Shown here: positions 17,619 through 25,531 of the stretch, piece by piece
Numbering within the stretch: the first letter of the stretch is position 1
How the letters are laid out: every line of letters starts with the position of its first letter
From: a virus
Length of the DNA: 51,920 nucleotides
Reading direction: 5' to 3' (one strand)
Virus genome (UHGV): UHGV-0124386
Made by a program: the position numbers and the translations under genes
The notes under the pieces: model-generated
The model's input: the letters and a program-made list of their open reading frames with translations, nothing else
The model's database searches: none
Told to the model about the DNA's origin: nothing

Positions 17619-17803
17619 CAATGAAAAACGAAATTAAAGATCTGCAAATAGATATTCAGCGCGACGAGCATGATTTGGAAACTGTACGACAAATACAGGT
17701 TTTCCACATGCGAGAATTGCTTGCGCTTAAAGAGCTTGAAAGAAAGCTAGTGCAATCAATATCTGATCGCAAAAGACTGGTTGCACGTTACGGGGGTAAA
17801 TAA
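17609..17803 (+). CDS. hypothetical protein (64 aa)
   Basis: ORF track. Confidence 0.35.
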   Translation: MVVTMKNEIKDLQIDIQRDEHDLETVRQIQVFHMRELLALKELERKLVQSISDRKRLVARYGGK

Positions 17804-18525
17804 TGAATCTGGAATCTATTCTTAAATTCCACCTCCCAAAATCACCGCGTTTGTCAGATGAAAGCCGGGGCACGTCCCCAGACTCGCTTAATACTACTGA
17901 TGCACTAACCGCAGCAGGTATGGCGCAATCGCGCGTAGAGCTTGGTTATAGCGCTTTTTTAGGGAAGATGGAACTATCGCAAGCCGAAAAACACAGGGCC
18001 GTAGTTTTGCTTACAGAGCGTTTAAGAGCTATGGCAAAAGATTACGAATACGTCATGGAGCTGGACGAGGACAAACGCAATGATCTTATTATTCTTGTTG
18101 CCGTTTTCGCGTTTCGGGATTACTGCCAGAGTGCCGCGACAGAAAAAACTTGTATGGATTGCGGCGGATATAAATTTACGTTTGACGACTACGGAGAAAA
18201 ACACCTTTGCAAAAAATGCAAGGGGCATGGAAAAGTTCGCAATCATTGTAAACGATGCAAAGGGCGCGGCGAGATACCGGATAAAGCAGCCAGTGAAGCA
18301 GCGGAAATGCCAGTGTTCAAAACGTGCCAGCATTGCGGCGGGCGCGGGTACTCGCGTTTCCCTGTAGATCTTGTCCGGCGTGCGGTTAATCAGCTTGTAT
18401 TTCCGGTAAGCCGATCAACATGGTGGAAAAAATACCGGGTTTTCTATGAAGACGCCATCGCTGAATTGTTCAAAGAAGAGGCGCGGGCTGATAACGAAAT
18501 TAAACGAGTGACGCGAGGTGAATGA
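17803..18525 (+). CDS. Q-type late-gene antiterminator (240 aa)
   Basis: C-terminal zinc-binding cluster CMDCGG...CKKCKGHG...CKRCKGRG...CQHCGGRG as in Q antiterminators; position after nin/rusA genes. Confidence 0.7.
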   Translation: MNLESILKFHLPKSPRLSDESRGTSPDSLNTTDALTAAGMAQSRVELGYSAFLGKMELSQAEKHRAVVLLTERLRAMAKDYEYVMELDEDKRNDLIILVAVFAFRDYCQSAATEKTCMDCGGYKFTFDDYGEKHLCKKCKGHGKVRNHCKRCKGRGEIPDKAASEAAEMPVFKTCQHCGGRGYSRFPVDLVRRAVNQLVFPVSRSTWWKKYRVFYEDAIAELFKEEARADNEIKRVTRGE

Positions 18526-18983
18526 TGGATAAACTGGAAATAAACGATCAGTTTGCTGTTATCTTGTTCGAGGATAAAACAGGCGGTGCATGGTGTAAGA
18601 AAGTCACTGGTGCTGAAGCGCGTTTAATATTGGGAATGGCAAGCGCATTAAACGATGGCGAATTGCCCGCCGTACCTATTGAGCCTGTTCATATTTATGG
18701 GCGGGTAACGACAATGAAGCCTAAATTAAAAGAACATCTTTTTGCAAAACTTGTTAATGACCTGACGTTATCAGCGCGGTTGTGTGGTGATACACAACAA
18801 TTACTGGCGTGGATAGCAAGGGATTTGAAAAAATATATTGAGCCTGGCGGGCCTGGTGACGAAATGACGGTTGATAAGGCCATCGAGCGCCGGACGGCTG
18901 AATGGTCAGTAAGTAATACCGGATTAACCGGATACATCGAAGGCTATAACGACTGTTTACAGGATCATAGCGATGGCAAATAA
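18522..18983 (+). CDS. hypothetical protein (153 aa), start overlaps Q stop
   Basis: ORF track. Confidence 0.45.
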   Translation: MMDKLEINDQFAVILFEDKTGGAWCKKVTGAEARLILGMASALNDGELPAVPIEPVHIYGRVTTMKPKLKEHLFAKLVNDLTLSARLCGDTQQLLAWIARDLKKYIEPGGPGDEMTVDKAIERRTAEWSVSNTGLTGYIEGYNDCLQDHSDGK

Positions 18984-19281
18984 ACACTTACATTTGAATT
19001 TAAAAGGTGAATACTTCCACGCCATCCGGGCGGGAAAGAAGGTGGAGGAATACCGACTTTATAATGAATACTGGCGTAAACGCCTGGAGGGGCGGGAATA
19101 TGAACGCCTGATCATTAAGCTGGGGTATCCAGCCAGCCACGAAGCGCACCGGATCATAAACCTGTCTTATTTCGGGTACGAAGTAAAAACTATCACGCAT
19201 CCATTATTCGGCCCTGATCCTGTTAAGGTATTCGCAATTAAATGTGATGTGAATTGGATGTTAAGGTGGGGGGAGCAATGA
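18973..19281 (+). CDS. hypothetical protein, possibly ASCH/PUA-like (DUF3850-like) (102 aa)
   Basis: N-terminal pattern HLHLNLKGEYFHAIRAGKKVEEYRLYNEYW resembles DUF3850 proteins. Confidence 0.4.
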   Translation: MANKHLHLNLKGEYFHAIRAGKKVEEYRLYNEYWRKRLEGREYERLIIKLGYPASHEAHRIINLSYFGYEVKTITHPLFGPDPVKVFAIKCDVNWMLRWGEQ

Positions 19282-19493
19282 AAAAAGCTGGCCTGTCAAT
19301 CAGTCGTGTGTTGTGCGGCGACGAAAGCGAGATCCGCATAGAAATTAAATTTAGCACGGGTAAAGAGATAATTCTCTATACGACACCTGAAAACCTGACG
19401 CTGGCGCTTACTGGTAAATCTGAAACGCCGTGCGACGTCCGGTTGCGCAATATTGAGATCAAGGAAATAGGAGTGGTGAGAAATGAAAAGTAA
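19278..19493 (+). CDS. hypothetical protein (71 aa)
   Basis: Strong SD GGTGGGGGGAG before ATG 19278; ORF track frame 19254..19493. Confidence 0.45.
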   Translation: MKKAGLSISRVLCGDESEIRIEIKFSTGKEIILYTTPENLTLALTGKSETPCDVRLRNIEIKEIGVVRNEK

Positions 19494-19695
19494 CCGTAAA
19501 CGCCTGGTAAGGTCATATGACAAAGCGTTAAAGGTTTTTGATGATCTGCGACACAATAAACGCCAGCGCCGCAAATGGGCGCGAATGCTTGTTTGTGAAT
19601 GGCATAACGAAGATTTCTTTCTGGAAGCGCGGCACATGACGCAAGAAGACGCGGACCAATTAGCTTACGATAACGTTTATTATATGATGTGGTGA
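19483..19695 (+). CDS. hypothetical protein (70 aa)
   Basis: ORF track. Confidence 0.4.
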   Translation: MKSNRKRLVRSYDKALKVFDDLRHNKRQRRKWARMLVCEWHNEDFFLEARHMTQEDADQLAYDNVYYMMW

Positions 19696-19699
19696 CAAT

Positions 19700-20065
19700 A
19701 TGCAAATAATCCTTGATTACCTTTGCCACGCTGCAAATACAATTTTTGGCATGTATCAGCAACCATTCCTCAAAGAATGGGACGAAATGCTTAATGACAT
19801 CATTGATAAAGGGTTAATAGTTGAGGTTGGCGAGCTAACGATAAAATTTAATTACGAAGGCAAAGAATATGATATATGGGTAGGTAACAGATGGTACGCA
19901 TACGGGCATATTTATTCAATTGGCGGCAAATACATTAAACGTAGCCAGGAGTTCAGGCCGCGATTCCGCACAATGCGCCGCCTGCGTGACCTGCATATGA
20001 ATATATTTGAAAATCAGGAAGCGTGTGAACTATTCAAAATCTACGGAGATAAATCATGGAACTAA
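19700..20065 (+). CDS. hypothetical protein (121 aa)
   Basis: ORF track. Confidence 0.45.
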   Translation: MQIILDYLCHAANTIFGMYQQPFLKEWDEMLNDIIDKGLIVEVGELTIKFNYEGKEYDIWVGNRWYAYGHIYSIGGKYIKRSQEFRPRFRTMRRLRDLHMNIFENQEACELFKIYGDKSWN

Positions 20066-20286
20066 AAATCTGGCAGGGTATCGACGTAGTTGATAATGAA
20101 TTGTCTATGTTCGCCACTAACGGGAAACGCGTGGTGATCGCTACATGGACGCGCAACCATGATGATATAGCTTTTCGTCGCAAGGCTGCGGAGTGGCTTT
20201 TCTCTGATGAAGGCTACACGATGAATATCTCCCAGCTTGCCAGAATGAAGGATGAAAAGCTGGTAGATAGTTACACGACTGCATAG
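20056..20286 (+). CDS. hypothetical protein (76 aa)
   Basis: ORF track. Confidence 0.4.
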   Translation: MELKIWQGIDVVDNELSMFATNGKRVVIATWTRNHDDIAFRRKAAEWLFSDEGYTMNISQLARMKDEKLVDSYTTA

Positions 20287-20296
20287 TGGGGCAAAT

Positions 20297-20530
20297 ATGC
20301 GTATCTATGAACACAAGCGGGATAAAACCCGCTTTTTTGTTCGTGCTGGCGTGGCGTACCAGTATCACGAATGTGGATATATTGAGGTGCTTGCTTACAA
20401 CCTGGATTTCGAACAAGAAAAAGAATGGTTTGACTTTAAGATTTACCGTAAGCGCAAGCCAACGCGCGACGAACGACACGCTATCCGGGACTTTTTAATC
20501 AGCATAGACCACTGGGAGGCAGACGAATGA
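20297..20530 (+). CDS. hypothetical protein (77 aa)
   Basis: ORF track. Confidence 0.4.
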   Translation: MRIYEHKRDKTRFFVRAGVAYQYHECGYIEVLAYNLDFEQEKEWFDFKIYRKRKPTRDERHAIRDFLISIDHWEADE

Positions 20531-20754
20531 AAGTTAAATTCTTGCACGATCACGGATACCAGTCATTGAAACAGGTTGTTGGTAAGGTCGTTAATGTCGT
20601 TCATAGCGATGATATTACTTGCATGATTAATGGTGCTGATCTCATTGCCGCTGGTGCTGATGACCATTACATCAATCCGGCGTGGTCGTATACGTTCAGC
20701 TTGGGCGATTTCGTCGGGGACAAGGGGCGCGGGCTTGAGATTGTAGAGGATTAA
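20527..20754 (+). CDS. hypothetical protein (75 aa)
   Basis: ORF track. Confidence 0.4.
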   Translation: MKVKFLHDHGYQSLKQVVGKVVNVVHSDDITCMINGADLIAAGADDHYINPAWSYTFSLGDFVGDKGRGLEIVED

Positions 20755-20758
20755 CGGT

Positions 20759-20974
20759 ATGGACGTTTACGAAGATCTCTACCTACAGACCAATAGCCGC
20801 ACTTTTTATTTTCTGAAAAGCGGCGTCGTATATCGCAGCGACGACGGGGTGATAATGAAAGAGTGGTTATTTAAGCGTAAAGACCTACTCGAAGATCTGG
20901 TTTTTGCCGGGATATTTCGTAAACGTCCGGCTAACCTGGAAGAAGAAATGTTGATCGACGAGGTGTTAAAATGA
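20759..20974 (+). CDS. hypothetical protein (71 aa)
   Basis: ORF track. Confidence 0.4.
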   Translation: MDVYEDLYLQTNSRTFYFLKSGVVYRSDDGVIMKEWLFKRKDLLEDLVFAGIFRKRPANLEEEMLIDEVLK

Positions 20975-21216
20975 AAGTGAATTATTTCAGGGCAAAAGAC
21001 AAGGCAACAGGAAAGCGGGTGGCTATCCTTGTTAACGAAGCGAATTATATGTTCTTCCTTCAGCCGTGGTGTATTGCGGATCTTAATGACGATTATCGCC
21101 GTCACGCTGCGCGAAGTGCGGTAGGCATGAAAGGCTGGCAACCGCGCGACATGCTTAATTATTGCGAATGGAAGTTGATAGCAAAATACACGGTCGATTA
21201 TAAAGGGGTTTTCTGA
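20971..21216 (+). CDS. hypothetical protein (81 aa)
   Basis: ORF track. Confidence 0.4.
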   Translation: MKVNYFRAKDKATGKRVAILVNEANYMFFLQPWCIADLNDDYRRHAARSAVGMKGWQPRDMLNYCEWKLIAKYTVDYKGVF

Positions 21217-21440
21217 TGTTTGTAAAATGTATAAAGTCTCGTTTCCCTGATCTTTTTGTAGTTGATGAGATTTACGACATAGAAACGCTAATAAGCAGAA
21301 CTAACGATATTCAGTACATTTATGATGAAGACGGCGATCCGTGGTTTTTTTATAACGATCTTGATGGTAGCGGATTCGTTGATGGCGCTGGCGGTAATGG
21401 TGTGCCAGTTGCGCTATTTATAAATCCAAATAGGGAATGA
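21216..21440 (+). CDS. small protein, member of GIY/D.GD.W paralog family (74 aa)
   Basis: ORF track; shares V.C...S....(G/E)IY....L.......QYI.D..GD.W with 21437 and 22545 products. Confidence 0.45.
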   Translation: MFVKCIKSRFPDLFVVDEIYDIETLISRTNDIQYIYDEDGDPWFFYNDLDGSGFVDGAGGNGVPVALFINPNRE

Positions 21441-21652
21441 ATATCATGTATGTCAGATGCACTGAATCAAAAACATCATGCTTTGAGGTTGGTGGAATAT
21501 ATACCGTAGCTCACCTGACTGGTGATGAGCTTAACACTCAATACATTAAAGACGACCACGGCGACGCGTGGCGCTATTGGGATTGCTACGCGCGTGGACA
21601 CGTTACAAGTCAGTTTGGTACGGAACCGATCGCGCGTTTTGTTAAGTGGTAA
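21437..21652 (+). CDS. small protein, member of GIY/D.GD.W paralog family (71 aa)
   Basis: ORF track; paralog of 21216 product. Confidence 0.45.
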   Translation: MNIMYVRCTESKTSCFEVGGIYTVAHLTGDELNTQYIKDDHGDAWRYWDCYARGHVTSQFGTEPIARFVKW

Positions 21653-21704
21653 TGTCGTTTGCATCAATAAATGTGATCTACACAGCAAGGTTTACGAAAT
21701 GGCA

Positions 21705-21733
21705 TTGTTTCGGCAGTGCCATTTTGTTATATA
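21705..21733 (+). promoter_or_regulatory. candidate internal promoter TTGTTT-17-TATATA overlapped by palindrome AAATGGCA-N12-TGCCATTT (21697-21724)
   Basis: Read directly from sequence in the 21653-21766 intergenic gap; also contains a CATTTTGT motif copy. Confidence 0.3.
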
Positions 21734-21766
21734 TAAGCCACAGAAAGACGGATGGGAGGCAAGAAG

Positions 21767-21907
21767 ATGAACGCAAACGCAAAATATCCTGCCTGGGTGT
21801 TTGAGTTATATGCCAGATACTTCGAACTACTGGCACCAGGCGAAGAAGCATTAAGCATTGACGAATACGCGGAGTGTTTGGGGTTCAAAGGAGGCAAAGA
21901 AGGATAA
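21767..21907 (+). CDS. small hypothetical protein (46 aa)
   Basis: Strong SD GGGAGG before ATG; hand-translated MNANAKYPAWVFELYARYFELLAPGEEALSIDEYAECLGFKGGKEG. Confidence 0.35.
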   Translation: MNANAKYPAWVFELYARYFELLAPGEEALSIDEYAECLGFKGGKEG

Positions 21908-21950
21908 AGCACGGGGTCGGATGGCTCCATCAAACCAGAAGGGTTGAATC

Positions 21951-22250
21951 ATGAAAAGCGATAAATTCATAGCGTGCTGTTTTGTTGAAGTGCCTAAAGG
22001 TGATGCCTTCTGCGATTATGAATTTAAAGACAGTTGGGGAAAATCTCATGTTGTAGTTGGCAAGCGCGGAGACTGGTTATACATAACAGACGACGACATG
22101 ATTTTTACTGCAAACCAGTTATTCAAAATTAAGTCAGAAAATAGTGAAACGCCACTTTGCAGCATGTTTAACATGCATTATCACTCACTATTATTGTTAA
22201 AACAAGATGTTATAAATAAAGCGCGTAGCTTACCCGGTGCTGAATTTTAA
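21951..22250 (+). CDS. hypothetical protein (99 aa)
   Basis: ORF track; SD AGAAGGG. Confidence 0.45.
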   Translation: MKSDKFIACCFVEVPKGDAFCDYEFKDSWGKSHVVVGKRGDWLYITDDDMIFTANQLFKIKSENSETPLCSMFNMHYHSLLLLKQDVINKARSLPGAEF

Positions 22251-22273
22251 TTTATTACTAAGGAGAATAAGCA

Positions 22274-22615
22274 ATGTACAAATTTATCAGCGTTAAAGTT
22301 TTCCGTGGTACTTTACCGAACGAAGAAAGATTGGGACAGTACGCCGGGCAACCTGGCGCATGTTTCCGCGTAGCTACTGATAACGACGCTCACATCAAGT
22401 GCTTCCATGTATCTGAACCGCCTTTCGATGTGAAACACCTTGAAGATGAAAATCACGTTAAACACTTCGTTTTTGCCTCGCTGATGTTTGATTCTAGCCA
22501 TAAAACATCTAAAAACGAAGTGGATTTGATCGGCGCTGAACTGGTTGCGGAATACAAAATCACTGAAGGAGAAAACGGAGTGGCGGAAATTGAGCGCATC
22601 AAACAAGCTGTATAA
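22274..22615 (+). CDS. hypothetical protein (113 aa)
   Basis: ORF track; SD AAGGAGAA. Confidence 0.45.
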   Translation: MYKFISVKVFRGTLPNEERLGQYAGQPGACFRVATDNDAHIKCFHVSEPPFDVKHLEDENHVKHFVFASLMFDSSHKTSKNEVDLIGAELVAEYKITEGENGVAEIERIKQAV

Positions 22616-22841
22616 AGTCAGGTGTAAAGGTGAATATCCTGGCTTTACGGTTGGTTGCGAATACCTGGGCCATATTGGGTACGGCCCTTTCGGTGAACTT
22701 GGAATGAATACGATGGACGACGACGGCGACAGCAGGACGCTCGATCTTGATTCTGATGATTTCGAATACGTACCGCCAGTAACTTACCGCGTCGTTGATG
22801 ATTTCCTGGCTGAACATGAAGACGATGAAGAGGATGATTAA
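22545..22841 (+). CDS. small acidic protein, paralog-family member (start uncertain; track gives 98 aa)
   Basis: ORF track; contains VRCKGEYPGFTVGCEY...DDDGD pattern and acidic C-terminus. Confidence 0.35.
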   Translation: MRNTKSLKEKTEWRKLSASNKLYKVRCKGEYPGFTVGCEYLGHIGYGPFGELGMNTMDDDGDSRTLDLDSDDFEYVPPVTYRVVDDFLAEHEDDEEDD

Positions 22842-22843
22842 CT

Positions 22844-22984
22844 ATGAATGACGAATACGTTAAAAATTTTATTGTTATGTTTCTTAGTGAGAACTGGCGC
22901 ATGTTTGAACATTATTGTTTTGAGCGCGGGGAAAATGCTGAAGAAATCTATCAATATTTAGGCGGGGAGAAAGAGGATGATTGA
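22844..22984 (+). CDS. small hypothetical protein (46 aa)
   Basis: Hand-translated MNDEYVKNFIVMFLSENWRMFEHYCFERGENAEEIYQYLGGEKEDD; fills gap between neighbours. Confidence 0.3.
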   Translation: MNDEYVKNFIVMFLSENWRMFEHYCFERGENAEEIYQYLGGEKEDD

Positions 22985-23177
22985 ATGTCTTATCTTTGCT
23001 GTATTTCTCCTTTATATCGCTGGCGCTATCCTGATGTCTTGTTTCATCAAATGTAACGATCTCGATCGTGGTGGCCTTGAGATTCCTTTCTGGCCTGTAG
23101 CGGTGTTTATCGCTTTCTTCGATGCAACGCTAGTGCAGATTAAGCGAGCCATTAAGGAGCGTAAAAATGGGAAATAG
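22977..23177 (+). CDS. small membrane protein (66 aa)
   Basis: ORF track; hydrophobic segments. Confidence 0.4.
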   Translation: MIECLIFAVFLLYIAGAILMSCFIKCNDLDRGGLEIPFWPVAVFIAFFDATLVQIKRAIKERKNGK

Positions 23178-23391
23178 CGACCATCAATATGACGGCGTTT
23201 ATCAGTCATTGGTGTCACGCGCTTATTATCGCCTTGAAGGTGAACACGTAATGATGCGATCACGCCAGTTTGAACCGTGGCATGAAACGGTTTTACCTGT
23301 GACAGCGAAAGAAGTTATCACGATGTTTAATCACGGACATTGGAGCAAGATTGGCGATATTAAGTTCAGGATGTTTAAAGAGGGCGGTTAA
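23167..23391 (+). CDS. small protein, paralog-family member (74 aa)
   Basis: ORF track; YDGVYQSLVSRAYYRLEGEH...EPWHE pattern shared with 23392 and 23571 products. Confidence 0.45.
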   Translation: MGNSDHQYDGVYQSLVSRAYYRLEGEHVMMRSRQFEPWHETVLPVTAKEVITMFNHGHWSKIGDIKFRMFKEGG

Positions 23392-23574
23392 ATGATTGAA
23401 GATGGTATATACGCCGTGAACCTCATTGATGAAATGTTTTACCGCGTGGAGGGTAATGATATTCGTATCAGTATCGATGGTGGCGAGTGGAAAGAGCCAT
23501 TCATGGATATGACGCGGGAAATAATTGAAATCATGCTTTATAACGGCGACGTGGTGAAGGTTAGCGACCTGTGA
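23392..23574 (+). CDS. small protein, paralog-family member (60 aa)
   Basis: ORF track; EDGIYAVNLIDEMFYRVEGND...GGEWKE. Confidence 0.45.
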   Translation: MIEDGIYAVNLIDEMFYRVEGNDIRISIDGGEWKEPFMDMTREIIEIMLYNGDVVKVSDL

Positions 23575-23747
23575 ACGAGATCGAAGACGGCATCTATTTG
23601 CATAAGGTATTTAACATCGTCTATTTACTTAAAGGTAATAAGGTGATGATAAGACCTGATGACGATCCACATTGGGAATCAAGCGGCATGGATCGCGAAC
23701 ACATGCAAACATTGCTTGATAATGGCCTGATATACAGAAAGCAGTAA
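23571..23747 (+). CDS. small protein, paralog-family member (58 aa, GTG start)
   Basis: Hand-translated VNEIEDGIYLHKVFNIVYLLKGNKVMIRPDDDPHWESSGMDREHMQTLLDNGLIYRKQ; GTG overlaps upstream stop. Confidence 0.35.
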   Translation: MNEIEDGIYLHKVFNIVYLLKGNKVMIRPDDDPHWESSGMDREHMQTLLDNGLIYRKQ

Positions 23748-23769
23748 AGCCGTATTTGTTGGGGGTAAT

Positions 23770-23997
23770 ATGGAAGAAAGGGTTTTGCTGTCATCAATAT
23801 GGCATCGGTTCGGAAGTGAAAAAGGTTACTCACCTGCTTGCTGGCTGGATAGTAAAAGCGGAAAGGAGTATCAAAACGAGTGCGAATTTAGAAGGGAGTG
23901 GCGAGGCGGTAAGGAAGTGCAAGGATATTTTGCACCAAAACACGTTGCCGTCAAATACAAAGAATGGCTTGTTCGTTTGCTTGGACCTTATCGTTAA
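23770..23997 (+). CDS. hypothetical protein (75 aa)
   Basis: ORF track. Confidence 0.4.
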   Translation: MEERVLLSSIWHRFGSEKGYSPACWLDSKSGKEYQNECEFRREWRGGKEVQGYFAPKHVAVKYKEWLVRLLGPYR

Positions 23998-24005
23998 CGC
24001 CGTAT

Positions 24006-24034
24006 TTGTAGAGCGCAAACAAACAGATTAAAAT
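24006..24034 (+). promoter_or_regulatory. candidate late promoter (pR'-like) TTGTAG-17-TAAAAT
   Basis: Hexamers with 17-bp spacing about 30 bp upstream of a strong terminator and the lysis cassette; weak -35. Confidence 0.3.
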
Positions 24035-24062
24035 ATTTCCTAACAATGCGAAATTGTAATTA

Positions 24063-24088
24063 CCCGGCCCCGCGCCGGGTTTTTGCTT
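24063..24088 (+). terminator. rho-independent terminator (tR'-like) immediately upstream of holin
   Basis: CCCGGC-N5-GCCGGG stem followed by TTTTTGCTTTG. Confidence 0.65.
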
Positions 24089-24104
24089 TGTTGGAGGAAA
24101 ATCT

Positions 24105-24305
24105 ATGTTCGACAGAATACGGGAGGCGTGTGCGTATGTGACTGGGGCCGTAACTGCTTTTTTCGGCGCGATAACCATTAATGACATCGCTGTTTTCGTT
24201 GGTATCTTATCAACCGTAGGCACATTTGCCGTTAATTATTACTTCAAATCACAGGAGAACAAGCGGGCGCAAGAGGAACACGACGCGCGAATGGGGAATA
24301 AGTAA
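24105..24305 (+). CDS. holin, probably pinholin class (66 aa)
   Basis: Two hydrophobic segments then charged C-terminus (YYFKSQENKRAQEEHDARMGNK); immediately precedes SAR endolysin as in phage 21. Confidence 0.6.
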   Translation: MFDRIREACAYVTGAVTAFFGAITINDIAVFVGILSTVGTFAVNYYFKSQENKRAQEEHDARMGNK

Positions 24306-24794
24306 ATGATTAGCCAATCGCTGAAAAACAAGATTGTTGCGGCGGCTGGTGGGGCGATCGCTATTGCGGCGGTGATGATAAAAGATCTTGAAGGCGTTGA
24401 GTATAAGCCATACAGAGATGTCATCGGTGTTTACACGATATGTTATGGACACGTCGGAAAAGACATTATGCTTGGTAAGACTTACACGCAATCAGAATGC
24501 GATGCTTTATTAAATAAAGATCTACACAAGACCGCAAAAGCGATTGACCCATATATCAAAGTCGAAATATCAGATTTTACCCGCGCAGCACTTTATTCAT
24601 TCGCCTATAACGTAGGCGCTACCAACTTCAAAACATCAACCTTACTAAAACTACTCAATGACGGCAAGAAATCAGAAGCGTGCGCACAGCTTAAACGCTG
24701 GGTATACGCTGGCGGTAAGAAGTGGCAAGGCCTGGTAAACCGCCGCGAGGTTGAATATGCCGTTTGCGAATGGGGGGAAACGTGGACAAGGTGA
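24306..24794 (+). CDS. SAR endolysin (signal-anchor-release lysozyme, T4-lysozyme fold, 162 aa)
   Basis: N-terminal Gly/Ala-rich SAR helix ([17 protein letters not shown]) followed by [10 protein letters not shown]...GVYTICYGH; closely matches recalled phage 21 R21. Confidence 0.85.
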   Translation: MISQSLKNKIVAAAGGAIAIAAVMIKDLEGVEYKPYRDVIGVYTICYGHVGKDIMLGKTYTQSECDALLNKDLHKTAKAIDPYIKVEISDFTRAALYSFAYNVGATNFKTSTLLKLLNDGKKSEACAQLKRWVYAGGKKWQGLVNRREVEYAVCEWGETWTR

Positions 24795-25252
24795 AGGCGT
24801 TAATTATCGCCGCTGTTGTTTGCATTATTGCCGGACTGACCGCCGTAACATGTTATTACCAGGGTGAGGCGGCAAGGTTACAGGAAGAAGTCACGGTAAC
24901 GAAAGGCGCACTGAAAACGGCAAGTAACACTATTCAGCAGATGAAGGAGCGAAACGCCGAACTGTCAAAACTTGATAAGAGGTATCACGATGAGATTAAA
25001 GCTATCAGATCTGACATTGCCGATCTGCGCACTGGCATTGATAACGGTACTATCCGGTTGCGCGTCAACGCAATACCCGTGCGAGTGTCCGACCCCGCCG
25101 CGACCGCCAGCCGCATTGATGGAGCCACCTGCGAGCTTGATGCCACTGCTAGACAATCTTATCTATCCCTCAGAGAACAACTAAAAGAGAAAGACGCACA
25201 GATCACTGGCCTACAGGACTACATCAAAACTCAGTGTTTACGCAAAGAATAG
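24764..25252 (+). CDS. Rz-like inner-membrane spanin (start uncertain, 24764 ATG or 24779 GTG)
   Basis: N-terminal TM segment, coiled-coil body, position after endolysin with embedded +1 frame lipoprotein gene. Confidence 0.65.
   Translation: MRMGGNVDKVKALIIAAVVCIIAGLTAVTCYYQGEAARLQEEVTVTKGALKTASNTIQQMKERNAELSKLDKRYHDEIKAIRSDIADLRTGIDNGTIRLRVNAIPVRVSDPAATASRIDGATCELDATARQSYLSLREQLKEKDAQITGLQDYIKTQCLRKE
24990..25184 (+). CDS. Rz1-like outer-membrane lipoprotein spanin embedded in Rz (64 aa)
   Basis: Lipobox LSGC after hydrophobic signal, proline-rich mature part ([18 protein letters not shown]); entirely within Rz in another frame. Confidence 0.6.
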   Translation: MRLKLSDLTLPICALALITVLSGCASTQYPCECPTPPRPPAALMEPPASLMPLLDNLIYPSENN

Positions 25253-25531
25253 CAGCGCGTGGACGTGTCGCCGTTTCTGTCAGCCAGCCATAACCGGGCC
25301 AATCCTTCCCGCGAGCGACGGCGGAATAGTCAAAAACACGTAATACCGGATCAACAGTCCCATTAACAGGTCAGGCGCTACCTGGGTAGAAGAAAGCGCC
25401 ATTCACCAATTTTATAAAATTCTGGAAACGGTACTGATGAAGCGCCGTTTTCAGTGTTTTATAACTGTTTTCACTCCCTGCGGTGTCGAGTTTTGCGGGG
25501 GTTATATTTTTCAGAATAGGAGATTATTCTG

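Noticed and set aside
21216-23747. GIY-YIG nuclease domains in the small paralog family (because of the GIY...Y(I/R)..G pattern)
   Set aside because: Proteins are only 58-75 aa and lack the conserved Arg, Glu and Asn of GIY-YIG catalytic cores; resemblance limited to a short motif.
25253-25531. cos/packaging site or terminator in the 280-bp gap after Rz
   Set aside because: No convincing GC-rich hairpin with T-tract and no recognisable cos-like symmetric element by eye; left unannotated.
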